64,000 bases of DNA, taken from assembly GCA_038087875.1 (NCBI GenBank), contig CM075988.1, positions 1,240,001-1,304,000 of the forward strand, read 5' to 3'. Below are positions 1 to 13,769 of the stretch, one piece after another. A program made the position numbers and the translations under genes. The notes under the pieces are model-generated. The model was not told the origin of the DNA and did not search any database. It was given only the letters and a program-made list of their open reading frames with translations. The DNA is from Malacoraja senta. Its lineage: Eukaryota. Each line of letters starts with the position of its first letter. Position 1 is the first letter of the stretch.

Positions 1-185
1 GGAGGAGATTATCAGTGGACGGATATAGGCTGATTCTCTGGTCGAGGAAGAACCGGAGGGCTTTGAGACCATCCTGGTGGGGGATGGAGGTGTAGAGTGA
101 CTGGACATCCATGGTGAAGATGAGGGGGTGAGGGCCTAGAGAGTGGAATGCCCGGAGTCAACCGAGAGTGTCTGAGGTGTCTTGA
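1..185 (-). mobile_element. Penelope-like element, reverse transcriptase fragment (runs off window start)
   Basis: Manual minus-strand translation gives LIFTMDVQSLYTSIPHQDGLKALRFFLDQR...PSTDNLL. MDVxSLYTxIP is the typical PLE RT motif. Confidence 0.8.
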
Positions 186-1450
186 ACATAGATATATAAA
201 TAGGAATAGAATTAAGCCATTCGGCCCATCAAGTCTACTCCACCATTCAATCATGGCTGATCTATCTTTCCTTCTCAACCCCATTCTCCTGCCTTCTCCC
301 CATAACCCGGCACCTGTACTAATCACTACCCGTACCATTGCCAAGCTTCTGTTTATGGGCAGCATGTGGAGCCGCTGCCTCACTGCTCCAGCGACCCGGG
401 TTTGACCCTGACCTCAGGCGTTGTCTGCACGTTCTCCCTGTAACTGAGGGTTTCCTCCAGTTGCTCTCGTTTCCTCTCACACTCCACAGACCTGCAGATT
501 GGTTAATTGGTGGCTGTAAATTATCCCGAGTATATCAATGGCTGATGGAGTCCTGGGAGAGATGATGGACGTGGGGGGGGTAAAGCCTGTGCAGCAGTTG
601 TTGGTTGGGGGGGGGGGGTGTTGGGAGCCAGAGGGGCTGTGTGGAGTTGAGTCGCTCTGTGTTAGTAAAGAGCTCCCACCATGATGAGGCACCAACACAG
701 GGGCCAGGAGGTGGAGGTCAGGTGAAGATGGAGTCTTGTGGGAGTGAGCTGGAGGGGCCCAGGGCCAGAGCTTGCCACAGGCCTGCTGGTGGCAGCCGCA
801 ACTTGTACAATTAAAACAAGAAATAAAACTGAAATTGCCATGGAGAGAGAAGGCATTGTTATTCTGGTTAATGATCTTTAGGAAAAGTTACAGATCAACC
901 AATTTGCAGAGGAAGAGGCAAGGATGGAAGGACGGCTTGTGCTGCTGTGGAAGGTAAATGCTCAAATGAGTGAGGTAGGGCAGCAAAGGGGGCAGTGAGG
1001 AGGTTAGTGAGAGAAGCAATGGTCGCAAGTGACAAAATACAAGCTGAGATCAGGAGATGCCTGGGGGCAGGGAGGCGGGGCTGTTTGACATTGCCGTGCC
1101 ATGCCAGGGGGCAAGGGGGTGTTGGGGCCTGGTTTTGCGGTCAGGGTCGAGAATAGGTGGTTGGCATGGACCAGTTACTGGAAGCTTGCCATGAGGTAAT
1201 GTTTCACAAAACATTCGCCCCGGTTGCTCTCCAAGCTTGGGTATGACCATTCACCTCTACATAATTATGGACATTGGACTTTATCCATCAATCTGGTGCA
1301 CTGCAATGCTGAGAACTATATCATACACTCCGTATCTTCCTCTTTGCTTTATCTATTGTACATGAGTTGGAAGCGCAAATCTTTGAAGGGAGAACACAGC
1401 TTGGAATCAAGGTAGGTACAGGTGCAACTTGTGGTGAAGAATTGTTTACA

Positions 1451-1765
1451 ATTTAGTTTAGTTAAGTTTAGAGATACAGCGCGGAAACAGGCCCTTCAGC
1501 CCACCAAGCCCACGGTGGCTAGCGACCACCCCGTACACTAGCACTATCCAACACACTAGGGACAACGTTACATTTTTATCAAAGCCAAATGAACTTACAA
1601 ACCTGTACGTCATTGGTGTGATATGAAACCTGAGCATTCAGAGAAAACCCATGCGGTCACGGGAAGAACATATAAACTCCGTACAGACAGCACCTGTAGT
1701 CAGGATCGAACCCGGGTCTCTGGCGCTGTAAGGCAGCAACTATACCGCTGCACCACCATGCCACT
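1451..1765 (-). mobile_element. tRNA-derived SINE (HE1-like)
   Basis: Reverse complement of the SINE at 29751-30060 and 33976-34277, with a tRNA-like head (GGTTCGATCC B-box), a CR1-derived 3' end and a (CTAAA)n tail. Confidence 0.75.
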
Positions 1766-3577
1766 CGGAGGCAAGGTGTCGACACTCTGGTGCCAGAATT
1801 AGAAGAGCTCTGATTTCAGTGAGGCATTAAAAACAATGGAGAATAGTATGTTGAAATATTGGTAGAAGAGTGGTATAGGGGAGATAGCACAGGTATGGTA
1901 AATCTAGAAGTATCAAAGGGTTGGGTCAAGTTACAGCTGCAGAAATAAATTCCTTTCGTAACACGAGATATCTGTCCCAATCACAGCTCTGTGATGAATG
2001 ACACCTTTCTCACTCATTTCACCACAGTTTACAGGAATGGGAATGGGGTGAGGGGGTTGTTTTGACAAGAATCAGAGCAGAGATAGCACTTACTCTGTTG
2101 TAGGAGGTCTTGGTTCATCCAATATAGGATCCAGACAAAACGCAACAATTCACATTCAGTCTGACGAAGGGTCCCAACCCAAAACATCACCTGTCCATGC
2201 TTTCCAGAGTACTGCTTGACCTGCTGAGATACTCCAGCAGTTTGTATCTTACTTTGTAGACCAGCATCTGCAGTTCCTTGTGTCTACATCTACTATGTGA
2301 CCAACATCGGGCAGTGCAGGTGTCTGCGGCCGTGATGAAGGATCTGATGCAAGGATACAGGTGGAACCGGGTCAGTATCAACCAGCGGCTAAAGCTATGG
2401 GGCGGCACAGTGGCGCAGTGGTAGAGTTGCTGCCTTACAGCGCCAGGTTTCCACGCTGTGTCTCCAAACTAATCCAAGCTAAACTGGCTCTTGGTCCCAC
2501 AATGTCCATGCTGAACATGAAGCCACATTACACAAATCTCCACAGCCTGCATGTCATCCATATCCGTCCATTCGCTGAATATCCACGTGCCTGTCTAAAC
2601 AAAACTGCAGGCAGGTTGAGTAGAATCATCTCCAGTCTACAACAGGAACGTACTCTGGGGCACTGACAAGGTATGTTTTAGTAATGCGTAAGAACTATAG
2701 ACCAATGAGAAAAATGGTAACAAAGCATTCTTGGGCTACGGATAGGAGAGGGAGACTGGAGATCAGACTGGACCTTGCGGGGAGAGGAGTCGAGGGTGGA
2801 TTCCTCTCAACAGAGGCTGGGATCAGCAACCACAGAGCAGTGAAATAAACCAGAGTAGGCTGCCTGAGAGACTAGAGACAGATGTGGGACAGGACGAATG
2901 ATCAGTTCTTGTGGCTGAGGGGAATTCCCAGCGCAATGCTATGGGCAGCAGGAAGAGCAATTGCTAGGTTCTATATACACTCACAGAGACTGGCGCCTGG
3001 TTAGATATCTTGGTCTGCAGGGACCAAGCAATAAGGTGAACAAGGTCTAATTTGTGTAAAGTAATTCATATAACCTTCAGGTGGCAAATGCAAGTTATAC
3101 TTCCTTCTGGGTGGAGGGGAAAAATATCTGAGGAGAGTAGTAGTGAACATCATCAGCTAACCTTCGACCCAGAAATTAAAACAATCCATGGTTTGGTCAC
3201 AATGGCATTGTGGGAACAGGAAATGAGTTTCACGGTGAGCATGGGGAGGTAGAATAGATAGAGTGGAAACAGGCCCTTCAGCCCAGCTTGCCAACACCGG
3301 CCAACATGTCCCATCTACACTAATCCCACCTGCCTGCATTTGGCTCAAATCCCTCTAAATCTTTCCTATCCATTGTTTCATGAACGTTGCTACAGACCCT
3401 GCCTCAACTTCCTCCTCCAGCAGCTCGTTAATACACACATCACCCTTGGCGTGAAAAAGTTACTGCTCAGGTTCCTATTAAATCTTTCCCCTCCTCACCT
3501 TCAACCTATGTCCTCTTGTTCTTGATTCTCCTACACTGGGCAAGAGACTCTGTGCGTCTACCGATCTATACCTCTCA

Positions 3578-6500
3578 TGATGGGATGGTTAATGACCCCA
3601 GAATTAACGGGAAAGGAAGCTCACAAAGGGATAGGAGAATATGGCCAAGTGTAATAGGGATCGATGTGAAAGGTGAGATGCGTAAGGAATTAAAAGTATT
3701 GTATATGAATGCGCGAAGTATAAGAAGTAAAGTAGATGAGCTTGAGGCTCAGTTAGAGGTTGGTAGATATGACATTGTGGGGATTACTGAGACGTGGCTG
3801 AAGGAGGATCGGGCCTGGGAACTTAATATTCAGGGTTATACATCCTATAGAAAGGACAGGCAGGTGGGCAGAGGAGGGGGGGGGGGTAGCTCTGCTGGTG
3901 AGGGATGGAATTCAGTCCCTTGCGAGGGAAGGCATAGGGACTGATGAGGTAGAGTCACTGTGGATTGAGTTGAGGAATTGTAAAGGCAAGAAGACACTAA
4001 TTGGTGTTATTTACAGACCCCCAAATAGTAGCCCGGATGTAGGGTGTAACTTGCAGCAGGAGTTAAAACTGGCATGTAACAAAGGTAATGCCACTGTGGT
4101 GATGGGGGATTTCAATATGCAGGTAGAGTGGGAAAATCAGGTTGGTTCAGGACCCCAAGAAAGAGAGTTTGTGGAGTGCCTCCGAGATGGATTCTTAGAG
4201 CAGCTTGTAATGGAGCCGACCAGAGAAAAGGCAATTCTGGATTTAGTGTTGTCCAATGAACCAGATATGATAAGAGAACTCGAGGTAAAGGAACCGTTTG
4301 GAGGTAGTGATCACAATATGATTAGTTTTAATCTGCAATTTGAGAAGGAGAAGGTTAAACCGGAAGTGGCAGTGATGCAGTTGAATAAAGGGGACTATGA
4401 AGGCATGAGAGGGGAGCTGGCCAAAGTAGACTGGAAAGGGATCCTAGCAGGAATGATGGTGGAACAGCAATGGCAGGTATTTCTGGGTATAATCCGGGAT
4501 ACGCAGGATCATTTCATTCCAAAAAGGAAGAAAGATTCTAAGGGGAGTAGGAGGCAACCGTGGCTGACAAGAGAAGTTAGGGATAGAATAAAACTAAAAG
4601 AAAAGATGTATAACACAGCAAAGAGTAGCCGGAAGCCCGAGGATTGGGAAACTTTCATAGGACAACAGAAGGAAACAAAACGGGCAATACGGGCTGAAAA
4701 GATGAAGTACGATGGGAAGCTGGCCAGGAATATAAAGAAGGACAGTAAAAGCTTCTTTAGATATGTTAAGGGAAAAAGAGTAGCAAAGTCAAATGTGGGT
4801 CCCTTGAAGGCAGACACGGGTGAAATTATTATGGGCAACAAGGAAATGGCAGAGAAGTTGAATAGGTACTTCGGATCTGTCTTCACTAAGGAAGACACAA
4901 ACAATCGCCCAGATGTACTGGAGGACTGAGGATCTAAGGGGGTAGTGGAACTGAAATAATTTTTCATTACACGAGAAATAGTATTGGGTAGGCTAATGGG
5001 ACTGAAGGATGATAAATTCCCTGGGCCTGACGGTCTGCATCCCAGGGTCCTCAGGGAGGTGGCTCTAGAAATAGTGGACGCATTGGTGATCATTTTCCAA
5101 TGTTCAATAGATTCAGGATCAGTTCCTGTGGATTGGAGAATAGCTAATGTTATCCCACTTTTCAAGAAAGGAGCGAGAGAGAAAACGGGGAATTACAGAC
5201 CAGTTAGCCTGACTTCGGTGGTGGGAAAGATGCTGGAATCAATTATTAAAGAGGTAATAATGGGGTATTTGGATAGAACTAAAAGGATTAGTCCAAGTCA
5301 ACATGGATTTATGAAAGGGAAATCAAGCTTGACTAATCTTCTGGAATTTTTTGAGGATCTGACAAGTAAAATGGATGAAGGGGTGCCAGTGGATGTAGTG
5401 TATCTAGACTTTCAGAAAGCCTTTGATAAGGTCCCGCATGGGAGACTGGTGACTAAAATTAGAGCACATGGTATTGGGGGTAGGGTGTTGACATGGATAG
5501 AAAATTGGTTGGCAGACCAGAAGCAAAGAGTAGGAGTGAACGGGTCCTTTTCAGAATGGCAGGCATGGCGAGTGGAGTGCCGCAAGGCTCGGTGTTGGGG
5601 CCGCAACTGTTTACCATATATATTAATGATTTGGAAGAGGGAATTAGGAGCAACACTAGCAAGTTTGCGGATGACACAAAGCTGGGTGGCAGTGTGAACT
5701 GTGAAGAGGATGTTAGGAGGTTGCAAGGTGACCTGGACAGGTTGAGTGAGTGGGCAGATGCGTGGCAGATGCAGTATAATATAGATAAATGTGAGGTTAT
5801 CCACTTTGGCGGCAAAAACAAGAGGGCAGATTATTATCTCAATGGGGTTCGGTTAGGTAAGGGGGAGGTACAGCGAGACCCTGGGTGTCCTTGTACACCG
5901 GTCACTGAAAGTTGGCGTGCAGGTACAGCAGGCAGTGAAGAAAGCTAATGGAATGTTGGCCTTCATAACAAGAGGATTTCAGTATAGGAGTAAAGAGGTT
6001 CTTCTGCAGTTGTATCGGGCTCTGGTGAGACCACATCTGGAGTATTGTGTACAGTTTTGGTCTCCTAATTTGAGGAAGGACATCCTTGTGATTGAGGCAG
6101 TGCAGCGTAGGTTCACGAGATTGATCCCTGGGATGGCGGGACTGTCATATGAGGAAAGATTGAAAAGACTAGGCTTGTATTCACTGAAATTTAGAAGGGT
6201 GAGGGGGGATCTTATAGAAACAAATAAAATTATAAAAGGACTGGACAAGCTAGATGCAGGAAAAATGTTCCCAATGTTGGGCGAGTCCAGAACCAGGGGC
6301 CACAGTCTTAGAATAAAGGGGAGGTCATTTAAGACTGAGGTGAGAAAAAACGTTTTCACCCAGAAAGTTGTGAATTTATGGAATTCCCTGCCACAGAGGG
6401 CAGTGGAGGCCAAATCACTGGATGGATTTAAGAGAGAGTTAGATAGAGCTCTCGGGGCTAGTGGAGTCAAGGGATATGGGGAGAAGGCAGGCACGGGTTA

Positions 6501-6604
6501 TTGATAGGGGACGATCAGCCATGATCACAATGAATGGCGGTGCTGGCTCGAAGGGCCGAATGGCCTCCTCCTGCTCCTATTTTCTATGTTTCTATGTTTC
6601 TATG
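3578..6604 (+). mobile_element. CR1-clade LINE (HER1-like), near-complete ORF2 (APE endonuclease + RT) with few disablements
   Basis: Motifs YMNARSI, GITETW, YRPP, GDFN, SDHN, PGPDG, NYRPVSLTS, YLDFQKAFDKV, GVPQGSVLGP and FADD lie across ORFs 3516-6504. The 3' tail is (TTTCTATG)n at about 6581-6604. Confidence 0.95.
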
Positions 6605-6635
6605 ATTTTGTGCACCTTTGTTCTGGTTTGTTTTG

Positions 6636-6942
6636 GAGGTACAGCGCGGGAACAGGCCCTTCGGCCCACCGAGTGTGCACCGACCAGTGATCCTCGCACA
6701 TTAACACTATCCTACACACACCAAGGAGAATGTTTTACATTTATACCAATTAATGGTGTAATTGGTATAATACCTGTACGTCTTTGGAGTGTGGGAGGAA
6801 GCCGAAGTTCTCAGGGAAAACCCACGCAGGTCACGGGAGAATGTACAAACTCCGTACAGACAAGCACCTGGATCGAACCTGGGTCTCTGGCGCTGTAAGC
6901 CCTGCAAGGCAGCAACTCTACTGCTGCACCACTGTGCCACCC
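6636..6942 (-). mobile_element. tRNA-derived SINE (HE1-like)
   Basis: Same family as 1451-1765 and 29751-30060. Confidence 0.7.
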
Positions 6943-8162
6943 TAAAGTGCGATCACCTCTATAAGATCACCCCTCATCCTCCTGCGCTCCAAGGAATAGA
7001 GTCCCAGCCTGCCCAACCTCTCCCTATAGTTCAGGCCCTTGTGTTCTGTCAACACCTCGCAAATCTTCTCTGCACCTTTTCCAGTTTGAAAACATCTTTC
7101 CAAGAACATGGTGTGCAAAACTGAACGCAATACTCTAAATGAGGCCTGACCAACGCCTTGCACAACTGCAGCATGACCTCCCAACTTCTCTAATCCTGTG
7201 GGGATGAAGTTCAGCCCAGAGGCAGCAGGGAAGTGGATGGATGGAGATGGGCAGCAGATACTAGTTAGCAGACACCAGCTACACCAGTCCCACCTGCCCA
7301 GCTGTATAGACAGGCCGGTCACGTCCAACAAGGTCCATCAGCTGCCCACATTTGTTGTGGGGACACAGGGGGCTCTGACGGAGGGGGCGGACTTGTCTTT
7401 GCGGTTCTGGATGATCTTTGAGCACCAGCCAGATCTTACGATGGACAGCAGGAGATATGGTGCCCAGCAGGACATGACCACAGTTCCCAGCAACTTATGG
7501 AGCAGAGTAAAGGGGCAGACAGAGTGGAAGTTAGAAATGTAGGTCCATCATTTCAGAAAGAGGGAAATAAAGCAAAATATCCATCTACAGATGATACCGG
7601 GAGGGGGGCGGGAGTGGTGCGAGAGTGGTGTGGGAGTGGTGCGGGAGTGGTGCGGGAGAGAGGTGGGAGGTGAATCTAGTGAATGACACGAGGCCGACAT
7701 GAATGGACAATGAAATGGCAGTCAGAAAACAATGCAGAGAATGGAGAGGTCATCCACTGTGCCGAAACACAGCAGGAAGGTTCCTCTCCCACCAAAGTGC
7801 GGAGGCGAAGGCTGAGTGCCACACGTCAGAGAGGCGGGCAGCTGAATCACCAGGTCCTGAAGACTTCAGTTCTCAGGAGAAAGTGGCTGCCTTGCCAACA
7901 GTCTGTCTGTCCTTTCTTCTTTCTGTTATTTTTAGTATGTGGTAAAAAGTATGTTTTCGTGTTCGTGGAGTTGGCGGCCTTTCGTGGAGACCGACCTGGC
8001 GCTCCAAGCCGCAGGAGTCTGACATCGCTGAGCTTGCAAACCCTTTGCCGGGGATCGAAGCTCCAACCGCAGGGCCTGTGGACTTTAACATCGTGAAGCC
8101 CGCGGTCTCTGGTAAGAAGAGGCCGACTCGGGAGCTTCATGCCACGGAGAGAGTTTCAACCG

Positions 8163-8541
8163 TGATAATGTTCACTACTTTAAAAACAGACAACTCGCAA
8201 AAACGTTAGGTAAGCCAACTCAAGCTTTACTGATCATCAGCCGGCAGAAGTGACGGGGATACACCAGTCAAGTAAGCAACAGGCACTTTACTTCCCCACA
8301 CCACTACTTCAATGAACAAAGATTTGCCCGGTGTTTTATACTGTGTCACATACCAAAGATGTTCGTCATGGTCACAAGATGTAGCCAATACACATCACCA
8401 CAGGACGAGTCTGAGCTTGTCTCTTATCAATTAGATATCAATTTCAAAGGCATCTTATCAGTTGGTACTTCCAGGATAAGACATTTCAAAGGCATCGGTC
8501 ATTGTCTCAATATACGTCAACCTGAGACAAGCCTGGGTTTG

Positions 8542-8572
<31 letters not shown>

Positions 8573-8643
8573 TTTGGAGTACAAGCTACAGTCAAGTATT
8601 CCACCAAGTATCTTTATGTATTTAAAAGCATTTAACCTTTTCA
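8163..8643 (-). mobile_element. Putative 3' LTR of an endogenous retrovirus
   Basis: On the minus strand it follows the env stop and a polypurine tract (AAAGAGGAGGGAA, 8644-8656). It starts TG at 8643, contains TATAAAA (8334-8340) and AGTAAA motifs, and ends ...TTATCA at 8163. Confidence 0.6.
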
Positions 8644-8684
8644 TTCCCTCCTCTTTATCATTTTGATGATAACAATTGCAGTCC

Positions 8685-9849
8685 TCACCGAGTACATAAG
8701 ATAGGCCATAAGCATCGCAACAGACAAATTAAGAGTACAATTAGTAATATAATCAATCCATAGTGGACAATAATTCCCCAAGTCCTTCCAAACATATTAT
8801 ATGGCCACCAACCGCCCCCAGAGCTATAATCATGGAATTCAGCTCCTACCTTCTTTATTCTAGCTACTTCCATTCTGACAAGTCGGTAATGTTGGAGGAA
8901 GTATTGGGGATAAAAGTACAACATTCTCGGCCAATTATGGCACACATCCCTCCTTTTACTGCTAGGATAAAATCTAGGGCCATTCTGTTCTGTAATACTA
9001 CAGTTCACATAGCTATAATCTCAGCTGTTACCCCTTCTATCTCCTTCTGGGTTGCACTCAAGGAGGCGGCAGTAGCATTCGCAATCATCTCCAATAATGG
9101 AGGCCATATTAACGAGTCCCCTTGATACGACCATACAACCATAGGACGGGAAGAGGATCATAAAAAAATTGCTCAGCCTTCGTTAGGCTTCGCTTTGAAA
9201 TCCCCATGTGCTGGTGTAACTGTTTCATACTTCTCATGTGTGGGACCACATATGCAACATAACAGCAACCTGTCCAGTGATGGGGTCCTTTTAGTCATTC
9301 CCAAGTTGCCCCTTCTGCCGGCGGCATTCCTGGTAACCATGGGTAGGCCCAGGATCCACATACAAAATATGTGCCATTAACCAGTCGGGGTGGGCCGGCA
9401 ATGGTGGCTGACTGGGTTGTCATACACGTACTGTTTTCCAAAAATACACCAGTGCCTTGATTGTGGCAAAAACAGGTAGTATTAATTGGCCTGTGCGGAT
9501 CTCTTACTATCTGCAGTTGGGGTATATCTGCTGCGCTTGTCATGTTTAATTTTGAATCTCGTTTAAAGTGAGGGGTGTACCATCCTTTAAATATGGGGTA
9601 GTCCTCAAGTTTGCCATTCTGAAGGCACCCATCAGTTGCTGTTTTATTGCGAAAACAGTGTAAGGCCATAAAATCTATCTGTGGCTGCTCATTCCCCCCC
9701 ATCCTTCCTCATCCTCATCCCCCTCATCCCCCTCATCCTTCCTCATCCTCCTCATCCCCCTCTTCCCCCTCATCCTTCCTCATCCTCCTCATCCCCCTCT
9801 TTCTGTTCCCTTGTATTGCTCTAACACACTCTGCACAAATATAACTTAT

Positions 9850-9850
<1 letters not shown>
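8685..9850 (-). pseudogene. env: Endogenous retrovirus envelope (gamma-type SU/TM), disrupted
   Basis: Piecing frames together gives SU NGTYFVCGSWAYPWLP...HWTGCCYVAY, a cleavage-like SKR|S, fusion peptide FFMILFPSYG, immunosuppressive domain LQNRMALDFILAVKGG, CX6CC (CAIIGRECC) and TM helix IIVHYGLIILLIVLLICLL. Several frameshifts and stops are present. Confidence 0.9.
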
Positions 9851-9885
<35 letters not shown>

Positions 9886-10041
9886 TGAATGCATGTTTGT
9901 GTGTGAGGCAAGGTAGAGATAATAGACCTCAAAGTTCCCTCATGGATCAGATGCAACAGATTTAAAGAAACGCTCTATTTCTCTTTATCTTATTTCTCAT
10001 GATGTATATATATACACATATATATATATATACACACATCA

Positions 10042-10074
<33 letters not shown>

Positions 10075-10118
10075 GTATATACACACACACACACATGCAT
10101 ACATATTTATTATATATA

Positions 10119-10163
<45 letters not shown>

Positions 10164-10229
10164 TATACACACATATATAGATGTGTGATGGACGTATATA
10201 AATACATAACACACTTATATATTTCTCTA

Positions 10230-10274
<45 letters not shown>

Positions 10275-10316
10275 TGCACATACACACATATATATTCACA
10301 TATATATTCATGATGC

Positions 10317-10349
<33 letters not shown>

Positions 10350-10402
10350 GTTGTGTGAGATATATATGTGCGTTATAAATATATAACACACACATATATA
10401 TA
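9848..10402. repeat. Compound (TA)n/(CA)n/(TG)n microsatellite tract
   Basis: Directly visible dinucleotide runs. Confidence 0.9.
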
Positions 10403-12282
10403 TTTCTTCAGTTTCTTTCTTGTGAATTCCTCTAATTATTTGTTGAGCAACCTTTTTTTCTTTCTTTCTTTCAACCTCTCTCCCTCTCCCTCTATGAAAT
10501 CCTAATGCTGTAAATAAAATATCAATGAACACATGCCAAGATATTTTTTCATACTTTCATTCTATATTAGTGTAATAAAATGTAGTGTATACATATGTAC
10601 ACTGATGCAGAAGTGCGAGCTTTAGACATGAATAATGTACATTGCTGCTATAGTTTAGTTTTTAATTTAACATATATTTGAGGGGGTTGGTGCAATATAG
10701 TGCTAACCCTCACTTTGTGACAAATGAGTACACTTTGTAACACTGAAGGAGCGATTTATGGACCAACCCCTTACGTGTCTCCACGGGAATCTACCTCAAA
10801 ACACCAATTTAACCTGATGGCGATCTCATGGCTGTAGGTCATGATGTGATATTTAAAATGGAAATGGTTGCTTCTGAATTTTGCATGTTATGATCTAGAA
10901 AAACATTGTGAGCTACTTTGTGGACAAATGGCAGGAAATCACAGGCTCTGACAATGGATGGACTATAAGCAGCATATGGCTGTTACTGATATTTTAGTGA
11001 CTGTGAAAATGAATCCTAAGATAGACACAAAAAGCTGGAGTAACTCAGCAGGACAGGCAGCATCTCTGGAGAGAAGGAATGGGTGACGTTTCAGGTCGAG
11101 ACCCTTCTTCAGCTTCAAATGAATCCTTCTTGGTCCAATAAGGGAAATTACTCCTGATGTATTTGCAGGAATCTGCAAGTTACTGTTTTCTATTTTATTT
11201 TACATGATGGGAACTGGAAATTAATATTTTTGATATTTTATGACTAAAAAGCAAAATACTCCTGATAGTTTGTCTAACATTCCAAGTTTTCCAAAATTAC
11301 AGTAAAACCAGCAATAATCTCCGGGCTACAGTGAATGGAGTTAAATCAGAAACGATAACTTAAAGAAGCAACTTAGCAAATAAGGTGTCAGTTGGAGTTC
11401 AAAATTGAAAAACAAATAAGATAAAGAAAATGAACTGATATCGCCATCATTGATGCCTGTACTAAAAGCCACATCTGAATATTACTATCTTTAAAAAAAA
11501 CCTAGAGACTAAATTTAATCATTTTAAAATGCCTCAGCCCCACGTTAAATGAAGATTGACAACGAAGTAATCTATTGATATCACAATTTCTAACCTATGT
11601 AGTCATATCACCCATTTAAATTATAAGTTATACCTAATACTTTAAAATACAACTTATGGTTGAAAGATGCAACAGTAATCAAATTGATCCTGAAGTTATT
11701 TCACAAAAACTGAGCCACTAACTTCTAGATCATAACAATGACAATCATTTCTAGATTATAATTCACAGAGTGCGTACATTTTTCACTGCAATCCCATTCA
11801 AAAAAGTTTGCACAATGAATTAAATTAATTGCATGGTCCAAACTTGGGAGAAATTACTTCCTCGAGAGATAACATGGTAAGTACATGGAGCTAGGAACGC
11901 TGTTGCTATGGTGCAAGCTGACTCGAATCGCGTAATCACGGCTGCAGACTAATGGGTCCCCATTAATGTGCCTTAATATAATAACATTCATGTGCGGCAC
12001 TGGCATTTCTAATGTGGTGCAGGCAAAGATACTAATCGCGAAGCCGGTTCCCAAGATGGCGCTACAAATTACCCATGACCTACTACGTCTTTTTCGCCGA
12101 GTGGACCATCTTGCTATGATCTTTGCTAATCACTGCCTGCCATTCTGAAAGGGACCCGTTAATCCCTACTCTTTGTTTCCTGTCTGCCAACCAATTTTCT
12201 ATCAGTGTCGGCACTCTACCCCCAATACCATGTGCCCTAATTTTGCCCACTAATCTCCTATTTGGGACCTTATGAAATATCA

Positions 12283-13769
12283 GTTGGCCAAGGTAGACTG
12301 GAAAGGGATCCTAGCAGGAATGACGGTGGAACAGCAATGGCAGGAATTTCTGGGCAAAATCCGGAAGACGCAGGATCATTTCATTCCAAAAAGGAAGAAA
12401 GATTCTAAGGGGAGTAGGAGGCAACCGTGGCTGACAAGAGAAGTTTGGGATAGAATAAAACTAAAAGAAAAGATGTATAACACAGCAAAGAGTAGCCGGA
12501 AGCCAGAGGTTTGGGAAACTTTCATAGGACAACAGAAGGAAACAAAATGGGCACTACGGGCTGAAAAGATGAAGTACGAAGGGAAGCTGGCCAGGAATAT
12601 AAAGGACAGTAAAAGCTTCTTTAGATATGTTAAGGGAAAAAGAGTAGCAAAGTCAAATGTGGGTCCCTTGAAGGCAGACACGGGTGAAATTATTATGGGC
12701 AACAAGGAAATGGCAGAAGAGTTGAATAGGTACTTCGGATCTGTCTTCACTAAGGAAGACACAAACAATCTCCCAGATGAACAGAGGGATCTTGGAATAA
12801 CTGTGCACAGTTCCCTGAAAGTGGAATCTCATGTAGATAGGGTGGTAAAGAAAGCTTTTGGTGTGCTGGCTTTTATAAATCAGAGCATTGAGTATAGAAG
12901 TTGGGATGTAATGTTAAAATTGTACAAGGCATTGGTGAGGCCAATTCTGGAGTATGGTGTGCAATTTTGGTCGCCTAACTATAGGAAGGATGTCAACAAA
13001 ATAGAGAGAGTACAGAGGAGATTTACTAGAATGTTGCCTGGGTTTCAGCAACTAAGTTACAGAGAAAGGTTGAACAAGTTAGGGCTTTATTCTTTGGAGC
13101 GCAGAAGGTTAAGTGGGGACTTGATAGAGGTCTTTAAAATTATGAGCGGGTTAGACAGAGTTGACGTGGATAAGCTTTTCCCACTGAGAGTAGGGAAGAT
13201 TCAAACAAGGGGACATGGGAATTAAGGGACAGATGTTTAGGGGTAACATGAGGGGGAACTTCTTTGCTCAGAGAGTGGTGGCTGTGTGGAATGAGCTTCC
13301 AGTGAAGGTGGTGGAGGCAGGTTCGTTTTTATCATTTAAAAATAAATTGGATAGTAATATGGACGGGAAAGGAATGGAGGGTTATGGTCTGAGCGCAGGT
13401 ATATGGGACTAGGGGAGAATACGTGTTCGGCACGGACTAGAAGGGTCGAGATGGCCTGTTTCCGTGCTGTAATTGTTATTATATGGTTATGTACTGGAGG
13501 GCAGAGGATCTAAGGGGGTAGAGGAACTGAAATAAATTTTCCTTTGGGGAGAAATAGTATTGGGTAGGCTAAAGGGACTGAAGGATGATAAATCTCCTGG
13601 GCCTGATGGTCTGCATCCCAGGGTCCTCAGGGAGGTGGCTCTAGAAATAGTGGACGCATTGGTGATCATTTTCCAATGTTCAATAGATTCAGGATCAATT
13701 CCTGTGGATTGGAGGATAGCTAATGTTATCCCACTTTTCAAGACAGGAGCGAGAGAGAAAACGGGGAAT
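12283..13769 (+). mobile_element. CR1 LINE, 5' part of the copy split by the hAT-type unit; itself interrupted by a different CR1 3' fragment (about 12779-13488)
   Basis: Highly similar to 4418-5193 of the first CR1 copy and ends at ...GAAAACGGGGAAT. The nested fragment encodes KKAFGVLAFI...RPILEYGVQFWSP. Confidence 0.9.

Noticed and set aside
4509..6494. Long minus-strand ORFs (also 12376-12768, 23528-24592, and plus-strand 50334-51101)
   Set aside because: These are antisense shadows of CR1 ORF2.
7198..7542. Possible host exon
   Set aside because: No recognisable protein in the frames I read, with only a faint resemblance to a decayed LINE C-terminus.
9999..10532. YI/CV/HT-rich ORFs (also 37226-37778 and 57505-57845)
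   Set aside because: These are translations of dinucleotide microsatellites.
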